Source of the DNA: Geosiphon pyriformis uo1
Taxonomy: Eukaryota > Fungi > Glomeromycota
Direction of reading: 5' to 3'
Length of the DNA: 64,000 bases
Assembly: GCA_016748015.1 (NCBI GenBank)
Contig: JAAOMT010000664.1
Location: 380,715-444,714, forward strand
This document shows positions 14,700 through 27,561 of the stretch, piece after piece. The position numbers and the translations under genes were made by a program. Positions within the stretch are counted from its first letter, which is position 1. Each line of letters begins with the position of its first letter. Under the pieces are notes generated by a model, which was given only the letters and a program-made list of their open reading frames with translations, did not search any database and was not told the origin of the DNA.

Positions 14700-15340
14700 A
14701 ACCAAAGCTCATATGCATCAATTATGACAAAAAATTGTCGTCAATAGGTGCATACTATGGTGATGATAAGGAATACCAAATAACAACCAAGTTTTACTGT
14801 TGCCTATGCATTTTAAAATGCTTTGGATGACCAAAATGACAGGGAAAGTGGGACAACAAACCATGTCTTACATGTGGAACTATTTTGTCTAATGAAGGAA
14901 TGTGAAATGACATTCTTGAGTGTGGAGGAATGTGCAATAAAATGTGTTAATATATGATCCTAATCAATGACTGGATATATAAGAAAACACTAATCAACAA
15001 CATCTAGAAACAAGTGTTGTGACAATTGGAAGGATATTCTCATGACAAACATAAACTTTGGAGAATGGCAAGTGCAAAAACAGAAGGCATGACAATCAGT
15101 GAACTACTAAAAATCAAAAACAACCCTTTATTTTTTCCTGAACCTGAATACATCCAAACTTTTAATGTTTTTGGTGACATTGAGAATGATTCGGAAGAAT
15201 TCCACAAACATTACCAACAATTAACACTTACTAGAGAAGAACAAGAGCAGTGTTTGGAGCAGTTCAATACTTAATTATGTCAACATTGCTTAATTCTCTG
15301 TGACTTTCAATATTGTAATGAGTGTAATCTCATTTACAAT
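14700..15340 (+). pseudogene. Cys-rich putative multi-zinc domain inside A1 pol
   Basis: FYCCLC, PCLTCG, CNKMC, LCQHCLILCDFQYCNECNL; same pattern in A2 at ~35240-35860. Confidence 0.7.
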
Positions 15341-15604
15341 TTACCAATCTGCATGATCTACACAATTCCAGAAGAAGGCAAACCAATCAACAACTGTGTA
15401 TTGGAATTGGAATCAATTTTCAATCCCAATTCAAACTCTGACAATGACGATGACAAAAACAATGATTCCAGCTCTGTTCAAAATGACAACAGTGATAACT
15501 ATAATGATTCTAACTCAGATTCAAACTCTAAGCAATACATCATGCTCCCTAATTTTATCAAAGAGCAAGAACTGAAGTGGTTCAGTGATAATAACAAAGG
15601 TATT

Positions 15605-15995
15605 ATGCCAAAATGCACACATGATACTAATGCAAAGTTTAATCTGAGATATTCAGGAAAAGATGCCATCAAATTGGAACCATATTTGCACACATGTATT
15701 GATCTTAAAATAGCATTGGAAATCCCAGCAACAACAATGATTCAACTGGCATCTAGGAGTAACTTAGTAAACAAAGAAATCAACATCAGAGGATAAATAA
15801 TTGATGTAGGATATGTAGGAAATATTATTGCTATGTTATAAAATAATTCAGAAAAAGCCTATATTATAGAGCCAAATAAAAAGATAGCACAGGCAATATT
15901 TCTGCCTTTGGTTAAAATAGCTCAGTTAGTATCAATAAGAAACAAAGAAAAATTAGGAATAACAGCAAGAGGGATACAAGAATTCGAATTAATGA
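15605..15995 (+). pseudogene. A1 trimeric dUTPase domain
   Basis: Five motifs in order: AKFNL (AGFDL), ASRS, IIDVGYVGNI, KIAQAIF, RGIQEFE (decayed RGxxGFGS). Confidence 0.9.
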
Positions 15996-16539
15996 GTAGA
16001 ATAAATGTACCAGTTAATATGACAGAAGAAAAGATTATTAACAAGAGAGAAATTATCTTCACCTGTCAACCAATCTCTATTCTACCATATAATAGGTACA
16101 TGGTTATAATAGAAAAAAAAGTGAAAGAGCAGATTCAGATTTTTGAGGCAGAAGCAAAACTTTGTGAATCAGAAAAAATTGGCTTAGTCAATTTATACAT
16201 ACCAATCAAAAACCATAGTCACATCAAAATTCCCATTTACAACAACACAGAAGATATCATTGAGATACCAAAAGAAATTACCATTGAATATTTAACCACT
16301 GAAATTAAAGATCAACTGCCAGACATCATTCCAGATTTTCCACAACTGTGTGAATATGTGGATATTACATCACAAACAATCTACAGATGAGAAGAATGTT
16401 ATCTGCTTCAACCAAAACAATTGGAACAAATGAACTTGGGAAACTTAGACCCACTTTAATGAATACAACTCAAGATGTTATTTAACAATTTCAATGACAT
16501 CTTTGCCAGCGAAAATGAATTTGGCAGAACTGATATAAT

Positions 16540-17830
16540 CCAGCACCAGATCAAGACTAGAGATGTGATGCCAATTAAACAAAGAGCATACAGAGTACCA
16601 CCAGCCAGCCATGAGATTATTTGTCAAGAAATCAACTGAATGCTTGACAATGGGCTAATTCAGCCATTAATGAGCCCATGGTCATCACTAGTAGTACTAG
16701 TCTGGAAGAAAAATGAGAAAATCCACTTCTGTGTGAATTACCAGAAACTAAATGGAGTAACAAAAAGAGATAGCTATTTGACTTCAAAAATCCAATAACT
16801 TTTTGATGCTTTTGGAGGAAAGAAATGGTTCTCAACTCTAGATTTAGACAGTGGTTACTGGCAAGTAGCCATGAAACCAGAAGATAAAGAAAAAACAGCT
16901 TTCACAACATGGAAAGGAAATTTTAAATTTGAAGTAATGCCATTTGGCTTGATGAATGCTTCAGCAACATTCCAACATTTCATGAAAATTGTCTATACTA
17001 GACTACTATAGAAATCAGTAGTCATATATTTGGATAACACTAATGTGTTCTCAAAAACATTTGATAATCATCTACATTATCTCCAACAAGTATTTGAAAG
17101 ATTCAGACAAGCAGGATTGAAACTAAATACTAATAAATGCTTTTTTGGAAAAACAGAACTTAAGTTTTTGGAACATGTTATAAGCAAAGATAGTATCAAA
17201 ACAGATCTGAATAAAATCACAATAGTAAAGAACTTTCCAGTATTAATCAACTTGACAGAATTAAGAGCATTCTTGGGATTTGCTGGATATTATCATCATT
17301 TTATCAAGAACTTTTCTAAACTGGCTCAGCCACTCCATTACTTACAAACTAAGAATATAAAATATGAATGGACAGTAGCTCAACAAAAAGCATTTGACAC
17401 ACTGAGAAAAAAGCTTATTTAAGCCCCAGTGTTAATGTATCCAAATTACAGCAAACCATTCATTATTACCACTGATGCATCAAACCAGGCATTGGGAACA
17501 GTACTATTACAGAAAGAACCAGATAGAAGAAAACATCCAGTAGCTTACACCAGTAGAAGTTTAAGTCCAGCAGAAAAAAACTATGAAACTTCAGCACTGG
17601 AACACTTAGCTATCTATTAGAATGTCATCAAATAGAAAGAATACTTGAGTTAAAAGTTTGATGTGTATATTGATCATAAAAGATTGACTTCAATCCAGAA
17701 ACAAAAATTTGTAGATGATCACCATACTAGATAGAAAATAGAACTTTCACTATTTAATTATATAGTACATTACAAAAAAGAAAAAGAAAATAAAAATGCT
17801 AATGAACTGTCATGAATGAGACAAATTTAA
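16540..17830 (+). pseudogene. A1 reverse transcriptase and RNase H, ending MRQI-stop
   Basis: FSTLDLDSGYWQV, VMPFGLMNA, YLDN(D), TTDASNQALG, EKNYETSALEHLA; TAA at 17828-17830. Confidence 0.92.
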
Positions 17831-18599
17831 AAACACTCTAATTCAAAAATATAACAAAAAATGAATATACAAAAATATTAACAACTCCAACATTATATAA
17901 ATACCCAATTGTTCAAGGAAAAATTATCTCAAAAAAAACAAATCAACATAAAACAACAATCAAAATATTTTATCAACCATCATAATATTGTTACGGGTTG
18001 GAGTAACAAGCTAATGGATAGCAAGGAAGAACAGTATTGTATGGTGATGGAAATAAACAAAGAGGGGATTACAATAAGAGAGCGAATTGAATGAGTAAGG
18101 ATTCAATGTGTGTGATCAGTCTCATAAAAATCACAGTCGCTAATCTTTTCTTAAATCTGAAGGTAGAAGAATAGTCTGTAATTGTCAACAAGATAACACT
18201 GCTGCTATTATTCTATGTCTCAACTCAACGATTCTTAGAATCAATAACAGATATTGTTGTGTTTTTCAATTGTTTCTTTATTCAATGAATTACAAAAGCA
18301 AGCCAATTGCTTTTTAGACTAATTCTAACAAATACAAATCAAGAAGGGGAAAAGATAAGGTATGTGAATGCCAACAAATAAATACTTGAAGGTAAGGAAA
18401 GGGAAATAAGCAATATAAGAGGAAGTAATTGATATTGTTTTATTTCATTACTTTGATCATGTCTTTCTACAGCTAAGAGAATCATCGCTTATATAGCTAT
18501 CTAAAGTGGTCAATGATCAGGTCATTGATCAAGTCAACGATTACTATCTAAAAATAGGGTGGCTAATTATATGACATCAGTGGCTAGTACATGTGATAA

Positions 18600-19310
18600 C
18601 TAATAAAAACTATGGGTTTCAACTGTAACATCATCCTCTCCAAAGAGATTGAGCTCCAGCAAAATCAAGCTATTTATGGGATAGTCTATGTGAAGCGTTT
18701 TGTCTAACTCAAAACTAACTAGTTTGTTGAAATCTTTTGTGGACAAGGTATATAATACTTGAGGGGAAATAAGTTTTGTATCCAAGAGACCAAATCTTTG
18801 TATAAGAGTTCTGGCTCTTCTAACAATGGTCAAAACTCTTGGGACATCTAATCGTATAATGCCCAAAATTTCCACTTGTATCTCTGAAGTTGTTTTCTTC
18901 ATGAGCTTCATGTCTTCTATGATTTCACCAAGATGACCATAGAGTTCTAGTTGTCTTCCATATAACAAGTTTTTGTCTATGGGCAAGATTTCTTGTATCG
19001 TTTTTTTAATTGTGCTGGAAGATAAAAGTATTGTTGCTGTTATGCTTTCCAGCAGGTATTTATCCATTTTGCCACCAATTCTTTCCCTTCTGGTAGTTGT
19101 TTTCTTTGGTCTGATAACAATGTAAGTTTCACTGTTGTTTGTTATGGTGGTTTGTTTTCCGATAGTCAGAGTAGCATTTGGATAGTTCTTGATCCAGTAC
19201 TCATGGAGAGTATAGAAAGTGTTTTGAATGTTTTGATCCAGGAAATAATTGTTTATGTTGATTGAAGATACCTCTGTTTTGGGAATAGTGCATTTATTTA
19301 TATCTGATTT
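18600..19310 (-). CDS. B1 3' accessory ORF3 (unknown function; frame open ~80 codons upstream of the ATG at 19067; stop inside the 3' LTR)
   Basis: ORF track 18600-19067, plus manual translation of the same frame upstream (KCTIPKTEV...RERIGGK) without stops. Confidence 0.6.
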   Translation of the reverse strand, partial: KSDINKCTIPKTEVSSININNYFLDQNIQNTFYTLHEYWIKNYPNATLTIGKQTTITNNSETYIVIRPKKTTTRRERIGGKMDKYLLESITATILLSSSTIKKTIQEILPIDKNLLYGRQLELYGHLGEIIEDMKLMKKTTSEIQVEILGIIRLDVPRVLTIVRRARTLIQRFGLLDTKLISPQVLYTLSTKDFNKLVSFELDKTLHIDYPINSLILLELNLFGEDDVTVETHSFY

Positions 19311-20617
19311 TTACTGATCATTTGGGTCGGTATTACCACAACAGGTAACCAATCAAGTCGTTTGTGATATTTCTTGAGTCGCATGCTATGAACAGGACGA
19401 TCACTGAATATTGTTCCATATTGATCTTGTAGGATATATGAACCATTGTTCAAAACTTTGTTGACTATAAAAGGTCTTTTCCAGCAGCTGGAAAATTTAT
19501 CATCATAGACATTGTCTCTGTTTGAACGGTATTCCAAAACTAAATCACCAACACTTAAGGAAAGTGTTTTATAGGTTTTTTTCTTTTTAAGCTTCTCTTG
19601 GAACTGTTTTATCTTTTTAAAGACAATTATCTGTGCTTCTACCAATGAGTCAAGAATAGTACCAAGTCTTCTTTGCAAAATGTCTTTGTAATCTTCTATT
19701 GTTATTTCTTCAAAAAATATTGTTTCTATATCCATTTCTATTGATAGAGTTGCCATTCATCCATAGAGCAGATAAAAGGGTTCATAACTTGTTATGTCAT
19801 GATTCACAGTTCTGTAGGCGAACAAAGCTGAAGGCAATACTTTGTCCCATAGGTTGGTTTCTTTACTGGTTTTGGCTAAGGTTTCACATAGTGTTCTATT
19901 GAAACATTCCACTAGGCCATTTGTTTGGGGGTGATAAGAGGAAAAGAGTTTATGATGTATTCCCATTTTTCTGCAAAGTTTTTCAACCAGTGTACTGAAA
20001 AAAGCTCTTCTTCTATTAGATAAAAGTTCTTTGGGGCAGCCATGGTGACAGATAATATCTTCATAAATGAAATTGGCAATTAAGACTGCTGTTTAATCTG
20101 GAGTGGCTCTTGCTTCTACCCACTTTGTAAAATAGTCAGTAGCTGTGATAATGTATCTGTTGCCATTAGAAGTTACTGTTAAAAGTCCAACAACATCTAT
20201 ACCAATTCTGTCAAATGGTTGACCAACAGAGATCAGATGAATATCTTCCTTGCAATTGGGTTTTTCTCTTCTTTGGCAGGTATCACAAGTTTTGATGTAT
20301 TCAGCAATGTCTTTTCCCAAGGTAGGCTAATAATAGCAAGCTAAAGTTTTCTGGATTGTTTTTGTTTTTCCAAAGTGTCCAGCTAATGGATCAGTGTGTA
20401 TATTGTAGATCACAATTTCTCTTTCTTCAAATCTAATGACTCTCTGGAGGCAGTCAGGATCTTTTCTATTTCTTTTATATAACTGGTTCTGGCAAATCAA
20501 ATAGAAATTTAATTGTTTGCACAAATGTTCTCTTTGCTGTTGAGTATAGTCTGACGGGTATTGTCCTTTACCCAAAAATTTCATTAAGGCAGAGTAGTTG
20601 TCCAAGTTCATTATCAT
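19298..20617 (-). pseudogene. B1 integrase (separate ORF)
   Basis: MIMNLDNY..GQYP; HTDPLAGH..CDTCQ; IGIDVVG; YHPQTNGLVECFN; W.RPFIVNKVL. Confidence 0.9.
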
Positions 20618-20670
20618 GTTTGTTTGTGGGGAAGTTATAAATAATTAAGTTGGTTTGGTTTGAAAGGGTT

Positions 20671-23600
20671 TTACTATTACTGGATGGTAAGTCTGAAGAG
20701 AGCGTCGGTGTTTTGATGATTAGCTCCTTTGTGGTGTTGAATGTCATAATCAAATTCATCCAAGTGGAGTATTCAGCGAGTTATCTGTTTATGTTCCAGG
20801 TTTTTTTTGTTGTGTAGCCAAACCAAAGCTTAGTGATCTGTTACCACCAAAAATTTCACACCCTTAAAATATTTGTCCCAGTAGCTGGTAGCCCAAACTA
20901 CTGCTAAGCATTCTTGCTCAGTGACTGAGTAGTTTCTTTCTGCTGGTGTGAGAGTTCTACTAACATATGCTATAGCATGTTTCCTGTCATCTTTGTCTTT
21001 TTGGGAAAGAACAGCACCAAGTTCATAGCCAAATACATCAGTATGAAGGATAAAAGATTGATCCAGATTAAGTTGCATGAGAATGGGTTCTGTAACCAGT
21101 TTTTCTTTCAGAATTTCAAATGCTTTTTGTTGATGAGTGCTCCAGTGATAATTGATGTTTTTCCTAAGTAGCTGATTGAGAGGAGTGGTGATTTTGGAGA
21201 AATTCTTGACAAACTTGCGATAATAAGAGGCCAAACCAAGAAAAAAGCATAGTTCATGAACATTCATTGGTTGTCTAATGTTTTGAACTTTTTCAATTTT
21301 GGCTGGATCAGAGAAGATTCTATCTTTTGTAATAAGATGGCCAAAGAACTAGGTGGATTGACGTCCAAAGAATGATTTGATTGGATTGATCTTGAGGCCA
21401 GCATTTCTAAAGAGGTCAAAAATTTTTTGCAAATGTTCAAGGTGTTCATCCCAGGTTTTTGAGTATACTATTATGTTGTCCAAGTAGACTAGAACAAAGT
21501 TTTCTTTTACTGATTCAAATACTTTGTCCATTAAGTGTTGAAAAGTAGAAAGAGCATTTGTGAGACCAAAAGGCATGACTGTGAATTCGTAGATGCCATA
21601 CTTGGTGATGAAGGCAGTTTTCTTTCTGCTTTCTGGATCCATCTCTACTTGCCAAAATCCAGCAGTTAAGTCAATAGTTGAGAAGAAAGTGGTACCATGA
21701 AATTGGTCTAGTATTGCATCAATCTTGAGAAGTGGGTACATATCTCTTTCAGTAATGGTATTTAATTGGTAATAGTCAACACAAAAGCATAAGGTTCTTT
21801 CTTTCTTGGATACCACTACAATTGGGAATGCTCATTTACTCTTGGTTTCCTGTATAAATCCAAGGTTTTTCATTTGGGTTATTTCCTTTTTGATAAACTT
21901 ATTATTGTGCTGGTTGGATTGATAGGGCTTCAAATGGATGGGACGAGTTTTTCTGGTAATGATGGTGTGTTGTATCACATGTGTACATCCAGAAGGTTCA
22001 CCTTCTTTTGAGATAACTGGGCTGTTTCTAGCCAGCAGATTTTTAATGTCTATCTTTTTTTCTTCTGGAGAGGGTTCTTTTTGTTCTACAATCAGTGATT
22101 GGATTTCAGGTGGTTCATTTTCAAAGGACTTTTGGACTTCTTTTATTTCCTCTCAGGGTATCAAGCTGATTGGTTCTCAATCTTTGTAATAGATTAGACA
22201 GGACATGTATTCATCACTAGGAGAATACAATGGTTTGTCGCACCAGCACCAGGCACAAGGACCATGCCACCAATAACTGTATTTGGCTTTCTTGCCTGGC
22301 TTTCTGTCAAAAGTTCTTCTGAGCATGTCATAATAAGGCCAGCAGATCAGCTTGCTATTGACAATGATTCTTTCTTTATCTGTCTTGACATTATCTAGTG
22401 GTTTGTCATTGCTGGTAAAGATGGTATAAGCGAGTTCAGCAGTTTCTTTTTGTTCTTCTTGTTCTTCTTCTTCCTCACTTTCTTCATCATTTGATTCATC
22501 TGATTCATTTTCTTCTGGGCTCTGCTTGGGTACTGGGGGAGTTGTCCAATGGTGACACTTAACCACAATGGGTTTCTCATCACATCTAATGGTTAGTTCA
22601 CAGAGTTCATAATCAAGCAAAGCTTTTGCTTTCTTGGGTCATTCATTGCCAACAATGATGGTATATTCTTTTGCTTCAGATACTTCCATATCAGTTTCAA
22701 TGCTGATGCCATTGATGCAGACAGAAATAGCTTTGGCTATGCCAAGCCCTTTCTTCTTATCACCATGCACATTAGTTATTGGTTGTGTGGATGGTTTATC
22801 AATTTTTCTGCCAATTGCTTCAAAAAAGTGTTTAGCAATAACACTAACAGATAATCCACTGTCTAGGATCAAATCAATGAAGTAGCCAGCCACTTGGGCT
22901 TTGCAAATTAGAGGAGTGACATTGCTATTGTCAGCAAGTCCAGCTTGGCAAGGGCGTTTGTTAGTTTTGGGTGTCTTTTTCTTTAGAATCAGAGATTTGC
23001 GAAGATTTTTTCTGAATTGTGAATGGGTCATCAATTGGCCAAAGATTATATGTGCTGGGGTTTCCATGAGGTCTTTGACAACAGAATAGGGGCCGGATTT
23101 TTGTACTATTTTTGGGGGTTCCAACTTTGGAGAGTTTTTGAAAATTTTGGCTTTTGGGGGCTTATTGTTGTCAGCAATTGATGTAGAAGCTTTATTGGGA
23201 TCCAAAATGAAATCAACTTTGGCTTTCTTTTTTTTTCTTGTGGATTCAGAGGGGTTGATTGCTAGTTTATCCATGTCATGGTCATTATCAGTTAAGTTAA
23301 AAGCATAAAAGGGGTTTTCTTCTGGTTGGCTTGTACTCTCACCCTTTGGAGGTGTGCCTACCAGTTTAAAGACTGATAAACAGTGGCTTCAACTAGGGGA
23401 TCCTCTCCAAAGAAATTAATGTTGGCATGATTGGGTCTTTAATTGGTAACATTGTTGTTGTTGGGTCTGTTGTTCTGGGCATCATTGTTTCTGGGAACTG
23501 GTGGAGGCAGTAGAGGATTGTTGCAATCTCTTGAAAAGTGTCCAGTTAATCCACAGTGATAGCATACAGGTGGGCCACGATTTTGTTGTTTTTGATAAGA

Positions 23601-24911
23601 TAGTTGCTGGGATTGATTGAAGCATGATTCAAATCTAGGTCTTTGTGGTTGTTGATTTTCTCTGACTGCTTGGGCTAAGAGTTCTAATAACCAGGTTAGA
23701 TTTGCTGTGAGTCTGTCTATTAACTGTTTATTTGAATCTTGAGTGTAAGTGGCAAAAGAAGTAGCAGCCATTTGAGGGGCAGGAGCCATGACAGGAGCAG
23801 AAGCAAAAACTGGTAGTGTGAATCTCAAGTGCATCCTTTGGTTATCTTCAATTCTTTGTGCTAATTCAATGGTCATATCCATGGTGGGGTTATCTTTCAG
23901 GACCAGGAGGAGCCAAAGAGCATATGATAGATCAGTTCTCAATCCTTTTGTGAAAAAGTGAATTTTCTGCTCTTCTGTCCAATTTCTCCCAGAGTCTACA
24001 CATTTGATTAGTTTTCTAATAGCCTTGGCATATTCAGTCACTACTTCTTCAGAACCTTGGGTTCTTCTTTCCAATTTCATGTGTCATTTTGATATTAATA
24101 TTGGGGTTCTGAACTTGGCCTCAAATCAGGTAGTGAAAAAGGTATTTTCTTCTCCAGCATTAATTGGTGTCCATCTGATTATTCTGTGTTGAGCATTGGC
24201 ATCTGTTTCTTGTGAGAACCAGGTAGTAGAAGAGTTTTGGAGGTAGCCACCAATGATTTAGAACTTGTATTTTTCATCATACTGGTTGGCTGTGGCAGTT
24301 CTCTCAAAATCATCCAACCATTCAATTGGATCTTGTGCATCACCTCTAAATAGTAGTAGTGGGGTATTGTTTCTTCTTCCTAGAGCAGTTTGTATATCTT
24401 AGAGGGCAGCTAGAATGTTTGCTTGCATGGGGTTATTAGCCATTGGTTCAGGGGTAACTGTTTGTGTAGACGAGTCTGATTCACTTGATAAAAGGTCAAA
24501 AACAGGAGCAGTTTGGTAGCTTTTTTCTTCTGTTTCAAAGGAAGTTTCAGTTGCTTGATGGACAGCAATCCAAATGTGGATTTGATGATTCAGATATTCG
24601 AAATCAGGGGGCTGTTGTTCAAAGGTTGCAGAATATAAAAGCTGATTGATACTGTTGTTTCTTTCTTCAAAGTTGTTTTCAAAATAAGCTTGGTCAAAGT
24701 AATAGGTTGTATAAGCTGTGTAGGTTTCAGCTGAATGCTCATTCAGAAACCAGTTCCAAAAGTCTTGGAATTGTCTACTGGATTGTTCTTTAAGGAGGAA
24801 ACAGATTAAGCAAGAGGGCAGAGGATTAAGTTCAATGAAATCTAGGTCGTTTCTGTTGTGTGCTGCAAAGTGTTCTTCTGATTGCTGTGGTAGATATGAG
24901 TAATCACCCAT
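20671..24911 (-). pseudogene. B1 gag-protease-RT-RNase H
   Basis: ORFs 24399-24911, 23439-24080, 22639-23274, 22177-22620, 21349-21816 and 20830-21267 carry capsid, CCHC, DSG, RT and RH motifs; ends at TAATAGTAA (20671-20679). Confidence 0.9.
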
Positions 24912-26917
24912 ACAATGAGGGAATAAGTGAATTTTGACAACCTTACAGGGAGCACCACTTTTATGTTACGGGTTGGAGTAACAAGCTAATGGATAACAAG
25001 AGAGAACAATATTGTATGGTGATGGAAATAAACAAAGAGGGGATTACAATAAGGGAGCAAATTGAATGAGTAAGGATTCAATGTGCATGATCAGTCTCAT
25101 AAAAATCACAGTCGCTAATCTTTTCTTAAATCTGAAGGTAGAAAAATAGTCCATGATTGTCAACAAGATAATACTGCTGCTATTATTCTATGCCTCAACT
25201 CAGCAATTCTTAAAATCAATAACAGGTATTGTTGTGCTTTTCAATCATTTCTTTATTCAATGAATTACAAGAGCAAGCCAATTGCTTTTCAGACTAATTC
25301 TAACAAATACAAATCAAGAAGGGGAAAAGATAAGATATGTGAATGCCAACAAATAGATACTTGAAGATAAGGAAAGGGAAATAAGCAATATGAGAGAAAG
25401 TAATTGATATTGTTTTATTTTGTTACTTTGATCATGTCTTTCTATAGCTAAGGGAATCATCACTTATATAGCTATCTAAAATAGTCAATAATCAGGTCAT
25501 TGATCAGGTCAACAATCACTATCTAAAAATAGGGTGGCTAATTATATGACATCAGTGGCTAGTACATATGATAACTAATAAAAACAATGGGTTTCAACCG
25601 TAATAATATACTTTATCAGAAGAACAAAAGAAATTCAGATCAACTAACCAGAGTAATTACAGAACCAGAGAAAGAGACAATACCATTCAATATGCATTCA
25701 GATCCAACAGCAGAATATTTTTACAAAAAAACAACCATGGAGAGAACCAGAAAAAGATACTATTGGCCATCAATGTATCCAAACATTATTCAATATGTTC
25801 AAAATTGTGATGCTTGTCAGAGAAAAGGAGAAACAAAACCCAGTGAACCATTAAGACCAATCAAAGTGAGACAACCATTCAATTGTATTGGAATAAACTT
25901 AGTTGAACCATTAACAATCACCAGCAGAGACAACAGATATATCACAGTAGCCATGAATTATCTCACAAAATGGCCAGAAGCAAAAGCCATTCAAAGAGCA
26001 GATGCAGAATCCATTGCTGAATTCATCCATCAAGATTTGATTTGTTGACATGAATGTCCAAAAGAACTACTATCAGATCAAAGAACTCACTTTATAAATA
26101 GAACATTGACAGAATTAAGTCAAAAATTTGGAATAAAAAGACCATTATCATCACCATACTATTCACAAACAAATGAGCTAGTCGAAAAGTTTAACAGAAC
26201 ATTGTGTAAAGTCATTGCCAAAATCAGCCAAGAAAACCAAGACAAATGAGATTTGATTATACCATCAGTATTATTTGCCTATAGAACAATGAAACAAGAC
26301 ACTACATAAGCAACACCATTTAAATTAGTATATAGTAGAACAGCAACATTACCAGTTAAGATAGAAGTTAAAACATATCCAACAGAACCAATAACAGAAG
26401 AAAATTTTCAAAAAACATTGTTAAAAAAAACATATAACTTAATAAAGACATTAGAAAACACATGGCGAAGAGCAGCTGACAACATCCAAAAGTCACAAAA
26501 AAAACAAAAAGAAAGACATGACAACCAACTATCAAAAAAACCAGTTGAATTTAAGATTGGAGACAAAGTACTTTTATATTGTACCAAAGTGGAAAAACAA
26601 TGGAGTAAAAAAATTGACCCCAAATGAGATGAACCATTTCACATAGAAAAAATTCTTGGAAATAGAACTTATAAATTAAGGTTGAACAACAAAATTTTAA
26701 CCAAAGCAGCACATGGTAATCAACTAAAACAATATTATCATATAGCATCATTATCTATCAATAATATTTTACAATTAGAAGTACAGAGAATACTAGTCAA
26801 ACCAGATAAGATTCCATAAGATTTAAAACCAATTATAATCATTGAACCAAACACATAAAATTGAACAACCAAAAGAGTATATAAAGACATGGCATATGTG
26901 ACAAAAAACAGCAGAAA

Positions 26918-27546
26918 ATAGAGATTATTGACAGCATTCACTCACTAGCACAACAACTTTTTCAACTGATATAACAACAAAAGATGGAAATTACAATCAA
27001 CCAACAAACTATTAGATACACAAACACCAGAAAAAAACCACAGAATAAAATAAAAAAAAATACAGAAAACACTGTTGACAAAATAATCTCAAAAGTGAAA
27101 TTGGCAATAAAAACACAACCAAAAGCCACTCAATATTAAGAGTTGATTATAGAAACTTGGAATTGGTGGATACAACAATTTCCAAGAAACTTTTGTTACT
27201 TTTATTTAGAACAATACATAAACATCAAGGATTTATACATGAATAAAACAAAATGACTATTTAATACAACAATATTACAACAACTGGGACAATTTGTGAG
27301 GAAGAACAATTTGACCACATAAATAAGAGCCATCTATTGGTTACATACTGAATTTTAAGATCGACCAGAAATTTTACTCAATCCAGAAATGAACTCTATT
27401 ACCATTAACCAAATGAAAAAAATAACAAATGTGCAATTTGAAAACTTACAGAACAAGATAGCACAAGTAATTCTTGAATAAAAAGTTCAAAAAATACTCA
27501 AAGACAGAAAATTAAAATTAAGAAATTTTGACAGAGCTCAATATAA
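26918..27546 (+). pseudogene. A1 3' accessory ORF3 (~210 codons)
   Basis: (M)EIIDSIHSLAQQLFQ...ETWNWWIQQFPRNFCYFYL...ITINQM; homologous to 30640-31275 and 60101-60730. Confidence 0.75.
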
Positions 27547-27561
27547 AAAAAGAGAGAATAA

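Larger units (their letters stand above)
17989..25605 (-). mobile_element. Ty3/Gypsy family B, copy B1 (7.6 kb)
   Basis: 642-bp LTRs 17989-18630 and 24964-25605; exact TSD ATAT; PBS TGGTGCTCCCTGTAAGG (24941-24957); PPT GGAGAGGATGA; gag CYHCGLTGHFSRDC, PR ILDSG, RT, RH, IN. Confidence 0.95.
17861..26858 (+). pseudogene. A1 integrase (separate ORF; 17861-17988 plus 25610-26858, interrupted by B1)
   Basis: MNIQKY..HHN|ILYQK; HSDPTA..CDACQ zinc finger; rve core; decayed GPF motif; no chromodomain visible. Confidence 0.9.

Noticed and set aside
16540-17830. Alternative genetic code explaining in-frame TGA/TAA
   Set aside because: Most stops are copy-specific and trace to C>T/G>A changes of CGA, TGG, CAA and CAG codons
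26640-26858. Chromodomain at the integrase C-terminus
   Set aside because: After the GPF-like motif only a ~45-aa tail ending PIIII is present; no aromatic-cage pattern
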